This document shows positions 51,352 to 64,000 of a stretch of 64,000 nt of DNA, piece after piece. Source of the DNA: Octopus sinensis (taxonomy: Eukaryota). Made by a program: the position numbers and the translations under genes. The notes below the pieces were generated by a model. That model was given only the letters and a program-made list of their open reading frames with translations, did not search any database and was not told the origin of the DNA. The first letter of the stretch is position 1. Every line of letters starts with the position of its first letter. Location: assembly GCF_006345805.1 (NCBI RefSeq), contig NC_043000.1, positions 28,706,001 through 28,770,000 on the forward strand. The letters run 5' to 3'.

Positions 51352-51750
51352 CACACAGACAGACACACAAACACAAATACATACATACATGTACGTATGT
51401 ATGCATGCCATTCCCGCGCCTGCCCTCGTCTTCCGCTAACTTTCCTTAACACTCCGATTTTCTTCCTTTCATCATCTGATCGGTCGAGTGAGCTGCTTCA
51501 GTATTATTTTCCTTGCCTTCGCCCCTGTTGAACATCATTCGATTCGCCAGCGTATTTATTATCTGTCTATGCTTAAAACCGACGCAGATGCATTTATTAT
51601 CAATTTCTTGGTTCGTGTGCAACGTTAGTCTCTGGGCAATGGTTCGTTAACTCACCAGCATTCAATATACCAACGCATCCACTTTCTCCTTTTCTGTTTT
51701 TCTATCTATTTATTTATCTATCTATCTTTCTAACTATTTATCTCTCCATC

Positions 51751-51791
<41 letters not shown>

Positions 51792-52448
51792 TGCTCTCTT
51801 TCGCTCTCCATATATCTTTTTCTAACTCTACCGCTATCTCTTTATCTATTTAACTTATAAATCTCTCTCTCTCTCTCTCTCTTTCTCTGTTTCTTCTACA
51901 GCCTCGTCCCCTTCATTTGCGTCCATCTCATACTTCTACAGCTCCTATTGTGTATTATTACTATCGCAGTCATCCCAACTGAATCCCGAAGTTCCGTTTT
52001 GTTTCCTGCAAATATTATTCACTGTTCTCCACTCTCCATAAAATCTCAAACTGTATCTCGCTTGTTATTCCTCAATGTCTTTCGAACAATTTCCAGCTTT
52101 AAATTAGCCATTGTCCTCCTTTCCTAGATTTCTTCCTTCCTCAATATACTCTAATCAAGCTTATCTTCCCCTCCCTCACTTCCGTATTATCTTTTCCGAC
52201 ATATTCATAATCTTCAACCCTTCCCCCACTTCCACCCCCACACCTCACTTATCTTCTTTGCCTTGGCAGCCATTATTGTGTTATTCATCGCTATTTATTT
52301 TCTCTTTGGTTAGTCTAGCCATCATTACTTTATCAAACGACTTTCAGATATTTACCTATACTGTGCATATGAATCGCAATATATACGTTTATATATCCTT
52401 ATATGTATCCACATATGTGTGTATGTATATAAATATATATTATATATA

Positions 52449-52479
<31 letters not shown>

Positions 52480-53320
52480 ATATATAATATATATATATAT
52501 AAATATATATATGCATACATATTTGTGTGTTTTTATAAGTGTCTATGTCTCAAAGTATGTATGTATGTATGTATGCATGTATGTTTGTATGTATGTATGT
52601 ATGTATGTATGTATGCATAATGTAGGTAAATACATAGGAGTCAATTTATACTGTAAGTTGACTGAAGTAAATAAATATATAATAAATAATTTATGACAAA
52701 TTATATATAAAATATATATAATACAATAAAACATATTTCTATATGTCCATAAGTATAAACATATATATATATACATTTAATATATGTCATGTATATGATA
52801 CATATATGTATATATGGGTGATTTTTTGTGTGTGTGTGACTCTATAAGTGTGTCTGTGTGTCTGTGAATGTATGCGTCGTCGGTTAAGCTATACAATGTT
52901 GAAGAAATAAAATAAACCAACACTCATGGCCATGTTTGACTTATGTCTACCAAGCAATTACTGTCTGTTTTTTTTTCATATTTGACTTTATCTGAGGAAC
53001 TTTTTTACTTTCCTGAAATTATCTGCTTCCATCGGGTTTTCTTTTTTTTTTATTTTCTTTGTTGAAAGTTAACCCTTGGGTTTATATTTCCGCTTCACAC
53101 AAAAGGGAAATTTCCAGAATATCAAATAAGAAGAAAACACTGATTCACATTCTTCAGATACATTCCAGGGATTCTCCGTTTGAGGCGCTTCATATGGGTG
53201 TATGCGTGTATGTGTGTTTGTGTGTGTGTGTGTGTGTAAGTATTGATGTATATATATATGTATGTATATATATATAATATATATAGATATAGATATATAT
53301 GTATATATATATATATATTT

Positions 53321-53530
53321 CAAAATGTGACCTCGTGTGTACCGTTGGCGATTTTTTTCCTCTGTCTTCCCTTCTCTGGATCTTTCCTTCTCCTATGTTT
53401 CCGACGAAGAGCTCCGCTCGAAACGTTAAACCCTCCTTCTTTCATTTTTTCTCGAGCGTCCAATAATACTATATTTGTTCCACGTCCTCGCGTTGTTGTG
53501 TTTTTTTTGTGTTTTCTTGTTTGGATTAAC
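53321..53530 (+). mobile_element. Short (TA)n-flanked element with a minimal hammerhead (53397-53431, core variant CCGACGA)
   Basis: gttt-CCGACGA-A-GAGC-TCC-GCTC-GAAA-CG-T-T-aaac. Confidence 0.72.
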
Positions 53531-53548
53531 TTTATATATATATATATA

Positions 53549-53591
<43 letters not shown>

Positions 53592-53611
53592 TACATATAT
53601 ACATATATATA

Positions 53612-53655
<44 letters not shown>

Positions 53656-53701
53656 CATATATATATATATATATGTATATTTATATATATATATTATATA
53701 T

Positions 53702-53738
<37 letters not shown>

Positions 53739-53755
53739 GTATGTATGTATGTGTT

Positions 53756-53798
<43 letters not shown>

Positions 53799-53800
53799 AT

Positions 53801-53861
<61 letters not shown>

Positions 53862-55009
53862 TATATATATTGGAGAATGTCATATTTCCATCTGCCGAAA
53901 AGGAATCATGTAGGAAATGGGAGTTTGAAGGTGGGTCTCGGGAAAAAATGAAGAAAGGGATGTGGTGTGGAAAAAATGAAGAAAGGGATGTAGAAGCTAG
54001 CGTAGCACCAGGTCTTGACTGTTGCAGGGGGCTTTGCTTATGATTGTGTGTTAGCGACAGCAGTCTGGGGAGTTGGTGCACTGGGGTAATAGCATAGGAT
54101 GGTATTGATTGATTGCTAAAAGGTTTCTTTTGTATTTATCTTGTCAGGTTCAACATGGCTAAAAAAGAAGAATTTTCCTGCTTAGAGAACAGTTTTTGAC
54201 TGGAAGTGTGGTTGCACTGTTGGATAGGGTTGTCGGTTCCTGTTTTGTGGTGGTTTTTGTTGTTGTTGTTTTTGTTTCCGTGTCTTCGTGTAAAGACTGG
54301 ACTAGGGGATGTTTTTATTGTGGTTTGTGTGTTGGCTTGGAGCCCCATTTCTGTTAGTGCGTCGGGTCCCTGGACGATGAGTGAAAGAACAGTCATGCAA
54401 CAGACATAGCCTTTTTCGTTGAGAATACCGGCGGATTGTGGGTTATGCGTGTTTTAATGTTCAATTTACTATTCGGTGGTGTTGATGTTGATGTTATTGT
54501 GGGATGCGTTCTTTGGCCTTGGTTGGTAGAGTTTTCCTGGATGTGCTTCTAGTGCCAAGTAGATTTGTGAAGATGCAGTCATTACGTGTGCACAGCCTGT
54601 AACGTAGAGAATAACGGCATTTTGAGGGCTTTATTGTTAGAGTCATGGTGAACATATTCCTCTTCATAGATTATTTTTAGTATTTGTGGTGGTAGAAGAC
54701 GATGGTAGCAGCGGTGGTGGTTATGATGATGATGATGATGATGATTGTGATGGCTGCTATGAGTGGCGAGTGAGAGAGATGTGAAGAGATATTATCGTTC
54801 AGCAAATCAGCTACTATGCTGGAACTTAGGAGCGGCTCCTCCTGTTGTTGTTGTTGCTGTTCATGATTTTTCTAGCCTTTGTTGCTGTGTTTGACCAACA
54901 TTTGAAGAGTAAATATATCGAAGTATTTCAAAATGACCGTGAATTAGTTTGAAGGAAATTCGACGTGTCTTTAGTTTGCTGCGTATCTGCTTAACAGATC
55001 GCGTGTTTT

Positions 55010-55402
55010 AATTGTTTCAGTTATTTGGCTGTGGCCATGCTGGAATACCGCCTTTACTCAAACAAATCGACCCCAGGACATATTCTTTGTAAGTCTGGTA
55101 CTTATTCTATCAGTCTTTTTTGCCGAACCTCTAAGTTGCGGGGACGTAAACACACCAGCATCGTTTGTCAAGCGATGTTGGGGGCACAAACACAGGCACA
55201 CAAACATATACACACACATATATATATATACATATACACGGCAGGCTTCTTTCAGTTTCCGTCTACCAAATCCACCCACAAGGCTTTGGTCGGCCCGAAG
55301 CTATAGTAGAAGACATTTGCCCAAGGTGCTATGCAGTGGGACTGAACCCGGAACCATGTGGTTCGTAAGCAAGCTACTTACCACACAACCACTCCTACGC
55401 CT
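55010..55402 (-). mobile_element. Family B SINE
   Basis: Family similarity. Confidence 0.9.
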
Positions 55403-55739
55403 ATATTTGCGCTGTTTTCTTTTTTTTTTTTTTTTTTTGTCAATCTCATTCAGACACGAAATGTTTATACTTTCTGTTTAGGAGACAGAAAACCATATGC
55501 TTATTACGAAGTCAATTTCATTATCAAACCAATTTCATTTGTTGTAAGCCTGCTGGATAGTCGCCATGATTTTTTTCTCTTGGTTTTGTTTTGTTTCAGT
55601 CATACGTATATATTCATTCTTATGAGTGTGAAGCTTTGCTTACCTGAAGATAATAAAGAATTGATAAATATTGATAAATTCTCTCTTACGGGTGTTAGTC
55701 TTTACTCATTTGGTTTTATATATATATACACATTTATAT

Positions 55740-55781
<42 letters not shown>

Positions 55782-55991
55782 ATATATATATATATATATA
55801 TAAATTGAGCCAGTTTCAACTCACGAGTTGCGGTCATGCTGGGACACTACCATTTATTGTTGGTACATACGTTTTACTTCGCTAATTAATGACTTGACAT
55901 TTGGTGCTTGAGGGAGTTTGACGGCGCTGCCCCCATTTGCACATCCTGCTGTGAACTGCATTATCTGCGACTCTTGACTGTAAGAGATCAA

Positions 55992-56065
<74 letters not shown>

Positions 56066-56071
56066 CATATA

Positions 56072-56392
56072 TGTTTGGCCTAGAAGCCCTTCTGATTGTT
56101 TTCACTGTCCTGTTTTTGTTACCAACTTTGACCCTCCGCAAAATCACAAATTTCATTTAAATTCCTTTGCGGGAGCAATTGTTTTGTCAACGGCGTATCT
56201 TGTCGTGAATTGCTCGAAATACGGAGTAGAAAAACAGCCGCCAACTGATGAAGGGTCGTTCTTTATGTTGCTTGTCTTGTTTTCCATTTGTTTCTTTCGT
56301 TGATCGCAATAAAAGTTCATATTCCATGTTTTCGTATTTCGTATTTCACGTTGTTTAAGATCTATGACGTTCTATACCCATGTATGCATATG

Positions 56393-56395
<3 letters not shown>
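56072..56395 (+). mobile_element. Family D repeat copy
   Basis: cctccgcaaaa…tttgcggg…caactgatgaaggg…; resembles 62440-62750. Confidence 0.8.
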
Positions 56396-56468
<73 letters not shown>

Positions 56469-57274
56469 AAGTATTCTTTTAATTGTTTCAGTCATTTGAC
56501 TGCGGCCATGCTGAGACACCACCTTAAAGGACTTTATAGTCGAAGTTCCGGCCTGCTTGCCTTCATTGAACTGTCCGTCGACGTATAACATAAGTACGTA
56601 TATGTGTGTGGATGTGTGGAAGTGTACGTGTGTATGTATGTGTGTGCGTGTGTTAACGAGACAATCGCTGGCAACAGTAAAGCTGTTTCGGTACATTTCT
56701 GGAAGCCGATGACTTCTATGATGATTAACACGAAACAAACGTCGCAGTGTAAAGAGGGAAAGATGTCCGCTATTTTAGAATTAGTTTTACATGACAACTA
56801 GAGGGTGAGGGAAAGAGTAGGGTTTTTGAACGAAAGGATAAGAGAGGATCAATAATTTATAGGAAGTAGAAAACTGAGTCCATACATGACGACGTGTTTT
56901 AAATATCAATAGGCCTTAACTGACCAAATAAAGGGAGGAGAAATTTGGATAATAGTTGCTATATCTTAAGTCTGTTAAAACTGAACGCCATGTATGTGTA
57001 TGTGTATATCTATTAAGATGTCTGTGTATATATGTATATATAAATGTGTATGCATGTATATATTATATATGGAGACAAACGCACGAGATGTTATTTTGTC
57101 TCTATTTTCCATTACTCTTATGTTCTCCAAAACACATCTCACTTCTCGTAATTATCACTCATGCAAACGTGGTTACTTAATTTCTTAGGCATTTGTGTGA
57201 CATTTGGCTACCCTGGTAACTGTTTCTCTGGATCTTTCCTTGTAAATTAAAGATATATATAACATATATATATG

Positions 57275-57330
<56 letters not shown>

Positions 57331-57342
57331 GAAAGAGAGAGA

Positions 57343-57806
57343 GTTAGCCCCTTGTGGGTAGGAAAGAAATGGGTATTTCGTCTGTCTTTACGTTCTGAGT
57401 TCAAATTCCGCCGAGGTTGCTAAACATAGAGAGGACAAACAAGGACAGACAAATGGATTAAGTCGATTATATCGACTCCAGTGCGTAACTGGTATTTAAT
57501 TTATCGACCCCGAAAGGATGAAAGGCAAAGTCGATCTCGGCGGAATTTGAACTCAGAACGTAGCGACAGACGAAATCCTATTTCTTTACTACCCACAAGG
57601 GGCTAAACACAGAGGGGACAAACAAGGACAGATAAACGATTAAGTCGATTATATCGACCCCAGTGCACAACTGGTACTTATTTAATCGACCCCGAAAGGA
57701 TGAAGGCAAGTCGACCTCGGCGGAATTTGAACTCAGAACGTAACGGCAGATGAAGTACGGCTACGCATTTCGCCCGGCGTGCTAACGCTTCTGCCAGTTC
57801 GCCGCC
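57343..57806 (-). mobile_element. Family A tandem SINE with its distal 75 bp (57343-57417) inverted
   Basis: 57418-57806 is head plus two units on the minus strand; 57343-57417 is a tail-head junction on the plus strand. Confidence 0.88.
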
Positions 57807-58430
57807 TTGCCACCTTCACTGTAATATACATACACACGTGACTAAACACACACGCGTTCAGTTTTAGACGTGTACTCTTGTTAAAATTCTATTATGAGCA
57901 TATATATTCATATGCGGTGACATGTTCCCATGCATGGTTAGATACACGGAAATAAGCCCAAATACGAATACAATGTACACAACTGCATGTAACTGTACAT
58001 GTATATTCATGAACAAATACGTGTAGGTGTATGTGTACACAAGTGCATGTGCAGTAAGTGTTCAAGAATGCAGATATACAAAAACAGGGAATTATGAAAC
58101 TACAGCATCGAGACATGCAATACACATACGGTTCAAATGTTGTTTTAGAATTGTCTGAAAGCCCCAGATATATTGGGATACGGATATAAAATATAAAAGC
58201 ATTTAAAATCTCAATCATTACATATATGTGTATGCACATAGCTCCCATTCTCTCTGTGTTTCTTTCTCTCTATCTATATCTCTCTCTTCTCTATCTCCCT
58301 CTTCTCTGTCTCTCTCTTCTCTCTCCCTTTCTCTCTCCATCTGTTTCTCTCTTTCTCGCTCTTTCCACATATAAGTATATATACATTTATACAAGTTTTT
58401 GTTTTGTTATTTACACACACACACACACAC

Positions 58431-58470
<40 letters not shown>

Positions 58471-58951
58471 AGTATTTACATATATTTATATATATATATA
58501 TATATATAGTGAGAGAGAGAAAGAGAGAAACGTCTATATATATATATATATGTATATAATATATGCATATATATGTGTGTGTATGCATGTATATATATAC
58601 ATATATACATATTTATATATATATATATAGTGAGAGAGAGAAAGAGAGAAACGTCTATATATATATATATATGTATATAATATATGCATATATATGTGTA
58701 TGTATGTATGTACATATAGGTAAGATATACAAATTAAGCAAAATTTAATAAAACAAAAATGTAGCGAATGAACATTTAGAAGTTATTTAATATTCTCTTG
58801 ACTCCCAGTAAATGTTTTTACTGCGTCGATAAATTTTTAACGTTGTTATTTTTAAAATAATGAAATTTCATAAGATTAAAATGTCATTTTGAATGCATAA
58901 ATACGTTATTATATAAATAAAGTGAATGAATCTATCAGTCCATGTATATAT

Positions 58952-58994
<43 letters not shown>

Positions 58995-59090
58995 TTATTT
59001 ATGAAATAGAAAATAAATAAAACGAAAATGTAATTATGAAAACATATACAAATGTTATATGTGTGCACACGTTCGCACGTGTATGTATGT

Positions 59091-59157
<67 letters not shown>

Positions 59158-60460
59158 GTGTGTGTGTGTAGATAAAAATATATCTGTGAAAAATATATAT
59201 GTAAATAATAGTGTGTAGTATGAAAAAGAAATACCGGATAAAAATTTTAATATTTTATAAACAAAATCGAAAATGAATTACAAAATGTATTAAAATATTG
59301 GATGCATAAAGTTAATATAAGTATTATACTATAATGATCCCATCGCACATAACGAATTTACCATATAAGATGGTAAAAAATATTTGCCGTTTGGTCCTAT
59401 AGGAATATATAAGCATAAAGTATACGAAGGTTTGTGGTAGGTCATCGAGCTTCTAACTTTTAATATAGTATATGATGCACTGACTGCATATATTGAAACG
59501 AAAGGCCCAGAATATCAGATCCGAGTTATAAGATGTGCGTTGTGCGTAGTAAACATTTAATATTGGAAGCCATTTTCTTTATGTACTGTGTCGTTGGTTA
59601 TAGGTATATAGATGTATGGGTGTGGTCGCTGTCACTTGGTTTTAGGTTCTCTGCTTTGGCAAATATTGTTGCGAGTTATTTTTAAATGTGCTTGGATTTG
59701 TGCGAACAAAAAATCAGATTTTAAGTTAAGACTGATATCAGGATGAATCCATTTGAAAAACTTCTCGCTTGTACATTAGTAGCAGCATCCATTCTAATCG
59801 TATGATTTTTTGGGTGATCTATGATAGTCTGCTTCATATTGTATTATGTGCTCTGTTAGTACTTGAGACATCACATCTAAATAGACAATCTGCTGTCTGT
59901 TCTTCTGTTAAAGATTCTAAAGGAATGCCTGTGTACATAGTTTCGAACTTTGAAAGTGCTCACGATTAACCTTATGTATTTTTGGCTACGTTTATTATTG
60001 GCGCTGATGTTAAAAGCTTCTCTGTGGTATATATCTGAACTTCTTTCGAAACACGCTGTAGTAAAGATACTTTTTAATGATAATGCAGGATATTTAGGAA
60101 AAATGCGGTTAATGGTATGTGATGGGCTTCTAGCGTTACGGTTGTTATGTTATACGAAATTAGATATGACGACATAATATAGTTCCTTACTTTTTCGATT
60201 AAATAAAGAAACTATGAGCGAAAAACTTTGTAGCATTGAAACTGAAGGGAGATTAGAACATAGTGTTTTGAGCTTACATTCTTTACTGGACTTTTGATGT
60301 CTAATAGCGTTTGTTAAATTTTTGATATTTACTTTGGAATTGCCACTTCACGATATAGAGATTTAGCGCGGTGTATTGACGGTGGAGCCAACAATACAGC
60401 ATCCGCATCCTGTGCCCTGTGTATTTTGATACACATCACTCGTCTTCTTTAACCGTACCA

Positions 60461-60973
60461 TCTATATATATAAAACTGTAGTTGTGTGAGTGTCTTTCCC
60501 CTTCGATTTAGATTCCTAACTACTCCCACATTTTGCGGTGCAGTTTAACCAAATTCGGGTATCTTATAGTCGTGATTCATATTGAGCCCGTCTAAGTATT
60601 AGCGCGCGTCTACGATGAGTCTACGATTTTAAAAATAATTTAACATCATTTTTTATTCCATTTTAATGCATAATTTTTCGTGTGTCGATGGCGGCGGAGT
60701 TGGCGTCCATGGTCACAGCTGCACCTGTGTGCTTCTCCCCCTTCTTTCCTCCCTCGTGAAGCTGTGGGGAAGGGAGTGTAAGGAAATCAACGTCGTAAAG
60801 CGTTGTCAAGGAGACCAGCGTTCTTTTAGAACAACGACTTCATGGCTTGAAGACACCAAAACAGAAATGGCTAAGAAAGCCCGAATTGGCATCTATAAGG
60901 GAAGTAAATCTCTAAAAATGCTTATATAGTTATTTCCCTTACAAACCCGAGCAACGCCGGGCGATACTGCTAG
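60461..60973 (+). mobile_element. Non-autonomous Helitron with a ~215-bp GC-richer internal segment
   Basis: A|TCTATATA…acccgagcaacgccgggcgatactgCTAG|T. Confidence 0.88.
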
Positions 60974-61092
60974 TTCCTTATAAAACCCACAGGCAATACC
61001 CAATATTCTACATTAGACGTTACATACCCAAAATCCTGCCCCAGATGCTCTAGCATTTTATCTTTATACATCCTTACAACTGTTCGCGTCAA

Positions 61093-61502
61093 CGTTTACT
61101 CTTCTACTCTTTTACTTGTTTCAGTCATTTGACTGCGGCCATGCTGGAGCACCGCCTTTACTCGAGCAAATCGACCCCGGGACTTATTCTTTGTAAGCCC
61201 AGTACATATTCTATCGGTCTCTTTTACCGAACCGCTAAGTGACAGGGATATAAACACACCAGCATCGGTTGTCAAGCAATGCTAGGGGGAAAAATACAGA
61301 CACACAAACATACACACACACACATATATATACTTATATACGACGCGCTTCTTTCAGTTTCCGTCTACCAAATCCACTCACAAGGCTTTGGTCGGCCCGA
61401 CGCTATAGTAGAAGACACTTGCCCAAGGTGCCACGCAGTGGGACTGAACCCGGAGCCATGTGGTTGGTAAGCAAGCTACTCACCACACAGCCACTCCTGC
61501 GC
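61093..61502 (-). mobile_element. Family B SINE, full length
   Basis: Head gcgcaggagtggctgtgtggt…, tail gtaaaagag. Confidence 0.93.
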
Positions 61503-62439
61503 AATCCGGTTGGTTTCATTCGTTATTTGTGGTGGGGAGCCTCTACAGTACAACATTTTATTCTACAAAGTTTCTACACCCTCTACATATTCTACACATT
61601 ACACATCCAGTAATATTTTATATATTTTATATAGTTTTTACAATTGATTAACATTTTTATTTATTACAAAATTTTCTTTTATGAACAGTTTTCTTATATA
61701 TATACTTTTATTCATTAAATTTTATATATTGATTTTTGTATATTGATTTTTCATTCATATTTTTATTTTCATAATTATACTTTTATTTATCTTTTATGCT
61801 TTTGGGTATTGATTTATTTTAATAGGTTCATTTATTTCTGTTTTCACAACTATGCATTTAGACATTCAAGATGCTCTTTTAATCTTTATGAAACTTCATA
61901 ATTTTTAAATCGTCTCTAATGACAATCTCCAAAATTGATCAATTTACTAAAAACTTCGACCGATTGTCAAGCAATATTTAAACCATCATCAAATAATAAG
62001 TTTGTGCATTATTTCTGAGTTTTTTTAATTTTTACGAATAACTTATTATATGAACGTTTGTTTGTTTCTTATATTCTCCATATTCTCATATAGGTACATG
62101 TATGTGGGTATGTATGCGCCAAGCATCTATTTCCAAATAAATGTATCTTTACCTTTTTGATGCGACTCGACTCTATACTGTTTTCTTCCTCCATCCTTCT
62201 CTAATTCCCCTTTCTCTCCCTCCATCTTTCGCCGTTTTCTAAGTCTAAACGAGGTGAACTGACGAACGGTGGAGGAACAAGCTTTGGCAGGAGACAGACA
62301 AGAATGTGTCTGATCCCTGCAGCTGATCAGAAGGAAAGATACACAAGTAGGATATGAAAGATGGCCGATGGTCACGTGCGAGCGAGGAGTGAGCAAAGAA
62401 GGGAGAGTGAGGGAGAGAGGGGACAGACAGTCACTGTCA

Positions 62440-62749
62440 TGTTTTTGTCACCAATTTTGATCCTCCGCAAAATCGCAAATTTAATTTAATATGCTTTGCG
62501 GGATCAACTGTTTTGTTGAAGGCGTATCTTGTCGTGAATTGCTCGAAATATGGAGCAGAAAACAGCCCAACTGATGAAGAGTCGTTATTTATGTTGCTTG
62601 TCTTGTTTTCCATTTGTTTCTTTCATTGTTCGCAAAATAATTTTTCGTATTCCATTTTTCCGTATTTCGTATGTTTCATATTTCGTGTTGTTTACGTTCT
62701 GTAACGTCCTGTATGTATATACATACATATGCAAGTATGTACATATACG

Positions 62750-62750
<1 letters not shown>
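62440..62750 (+). mobile_element. Family D repeat copy
   Basis: Similar to 56072-56395. Confidence 0.8.
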
Positions 62751-62780
<30 letters not shown>

Positions 62781-62798
62781 ATATATATATATATTATA

Positions 62799-62847
<49 letters not shown>

Positions 62848-63099
62848 CACATATATATATATAACACACACGCACGCACATATATATATATATATATATT
62901 AATTACATTATTATATGATTGAACGCCACACCTATTCCTGTTCCCCGAGAATACAAGAAGTTCCGTTACTGAATTTGTTCTAGGTGGATAAAATATTGCA
63001 CAGTATTGAACTTTTCAACGCATTCAGTTATAACACCAATGGTACAACAGAGGTTGAGAAACTACACCCAGGTTTTTCAATTGAGCTTACCTTCTCCTA

Positions 63100-63142
<43 letters not shown>

Positions 63143-63164
63143 ATATATATATTACTCTCTCTCT

Positions 63165-63571
63165 TTTACTTTTTTATTTGTTTCAGTTATTTGACTGCGG
63201 CCATGGTGGAGTACCGCCTTTAGTCGAGCAAATCGAACCCAGGACTTATCCTTTGTAATCCTAGTACTTATTCTATCGGTCTCTTATAACGAGCTGCTAA
63301 GTTACTGGGACGTAAACACACCAATGTCGGTTGTCAAGCGATATTGGGGGAGGGGGGTCAAACAGATACACAAACATATACGCACACATACATACACATA
63401 TATATACATATACGACGAGCTTCTTCCAGTTTCCCTCTACCAAAGCCACTCTCAAGGCTTTGGTCGGACCGAAGCTATAGTAGAAGACACTTGCCCAAGG
63501 TGCAACGCAGTGGCCTGAACCCGGGACCATGTGGTTGGTAAGCAAGCTACTTACCACACAGCCACTCCTAT
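63165..63571 (-). mobile_element. Family B SINE
   Basis: Family similarity. Confidence 0.9.
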
Positions 63572-63579
63572 ATGCTTAA

Positions 63580-63669
<90 letters not shown>

Positions 63670-64000
63670 AACATATAATGAAAATGGTTGTTTTACATAA
63701 CAGGCTAACTTTTGCTAAGCAGCGGGATACAGTCAATATAGCGACTCAAATATATATGTCGTACTTCCTTATTGTCGAAGACATGGATTTCAAACTCAAC
63801 TTTATTAATTCCTTAAATTTAAAATGATTACTAGCATTAGTAAATCTGGTAAGGTTACTTTTTTTTAATCCATTGCTCCGCTGTTTATGCCAACCCACCG
63901 CTTTGTAGCGTTGAGGAATTCCATTTCGAAAGAATTTTTCACCAACATATGAATCATTCAAAATTATAAACAAAAATCGTTTCCTTCCTCTTTTATTTCC

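Noticed and set aside
51650-51700. Perfect minus-strand donor CTG|GTGAGT
   Set aside because: No identifiable upstream exon or acceptor
53870-54620. Possible decayed PLE endonuclease or 3' region on the minus strand
   Set aside because: A/C-rich with a 23-bp local duplication, but no GIY-YIG motif recoverable by eye
56200-56250. Type II (permuted) hammerhead reading of family D (GCTC-GAAA…CTGATGA-A-GGGT)
   Set aside because: Stem II could form, but no stem I hairpin or NUH site fits between GAAA and the core. Kept only as a conserved-motif observation.

Overview
Repeat-dense eukaryotic DNA, AT-rich, with a large share of (TA)n/(CA)n/(GATA)n/(CATA)n microsatellites. The SINE and microsatellite landscape suggests an octopus/coleoid cephalopod (inference). 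I cannot support any host gene exon, and almost all long ORFs in the track are microsatellite artefacts. The window holds several tRNA-headed SINE families (my labels A, B, C, G), CR1-, RTE- and HERO-like LINE remnants, mariner remnants, hAT-like MITEs, two non-autonomous Helitrons, an inverted-repeat family (D) and local tandem duplications. Main finding: a ~1.75 kb element (9445-11194) set in (TA)n. It encodes a Penelope-type GIY-YIG endonuclease with no reverse transcriptase, followed by 100-bp repeats and a type I hammerhead ribozyme (HHR) with an intact core. About a dozen further HHR motifs, intact to degenerate, lie in short elements of several sequence families across the window. Most have self-complementary stem III sequences, the pattern of dimer-cleaving minimal HHRs in Penelope-like elements and retrozymes. 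All motif and structure calls were made by eye; no searches were run.
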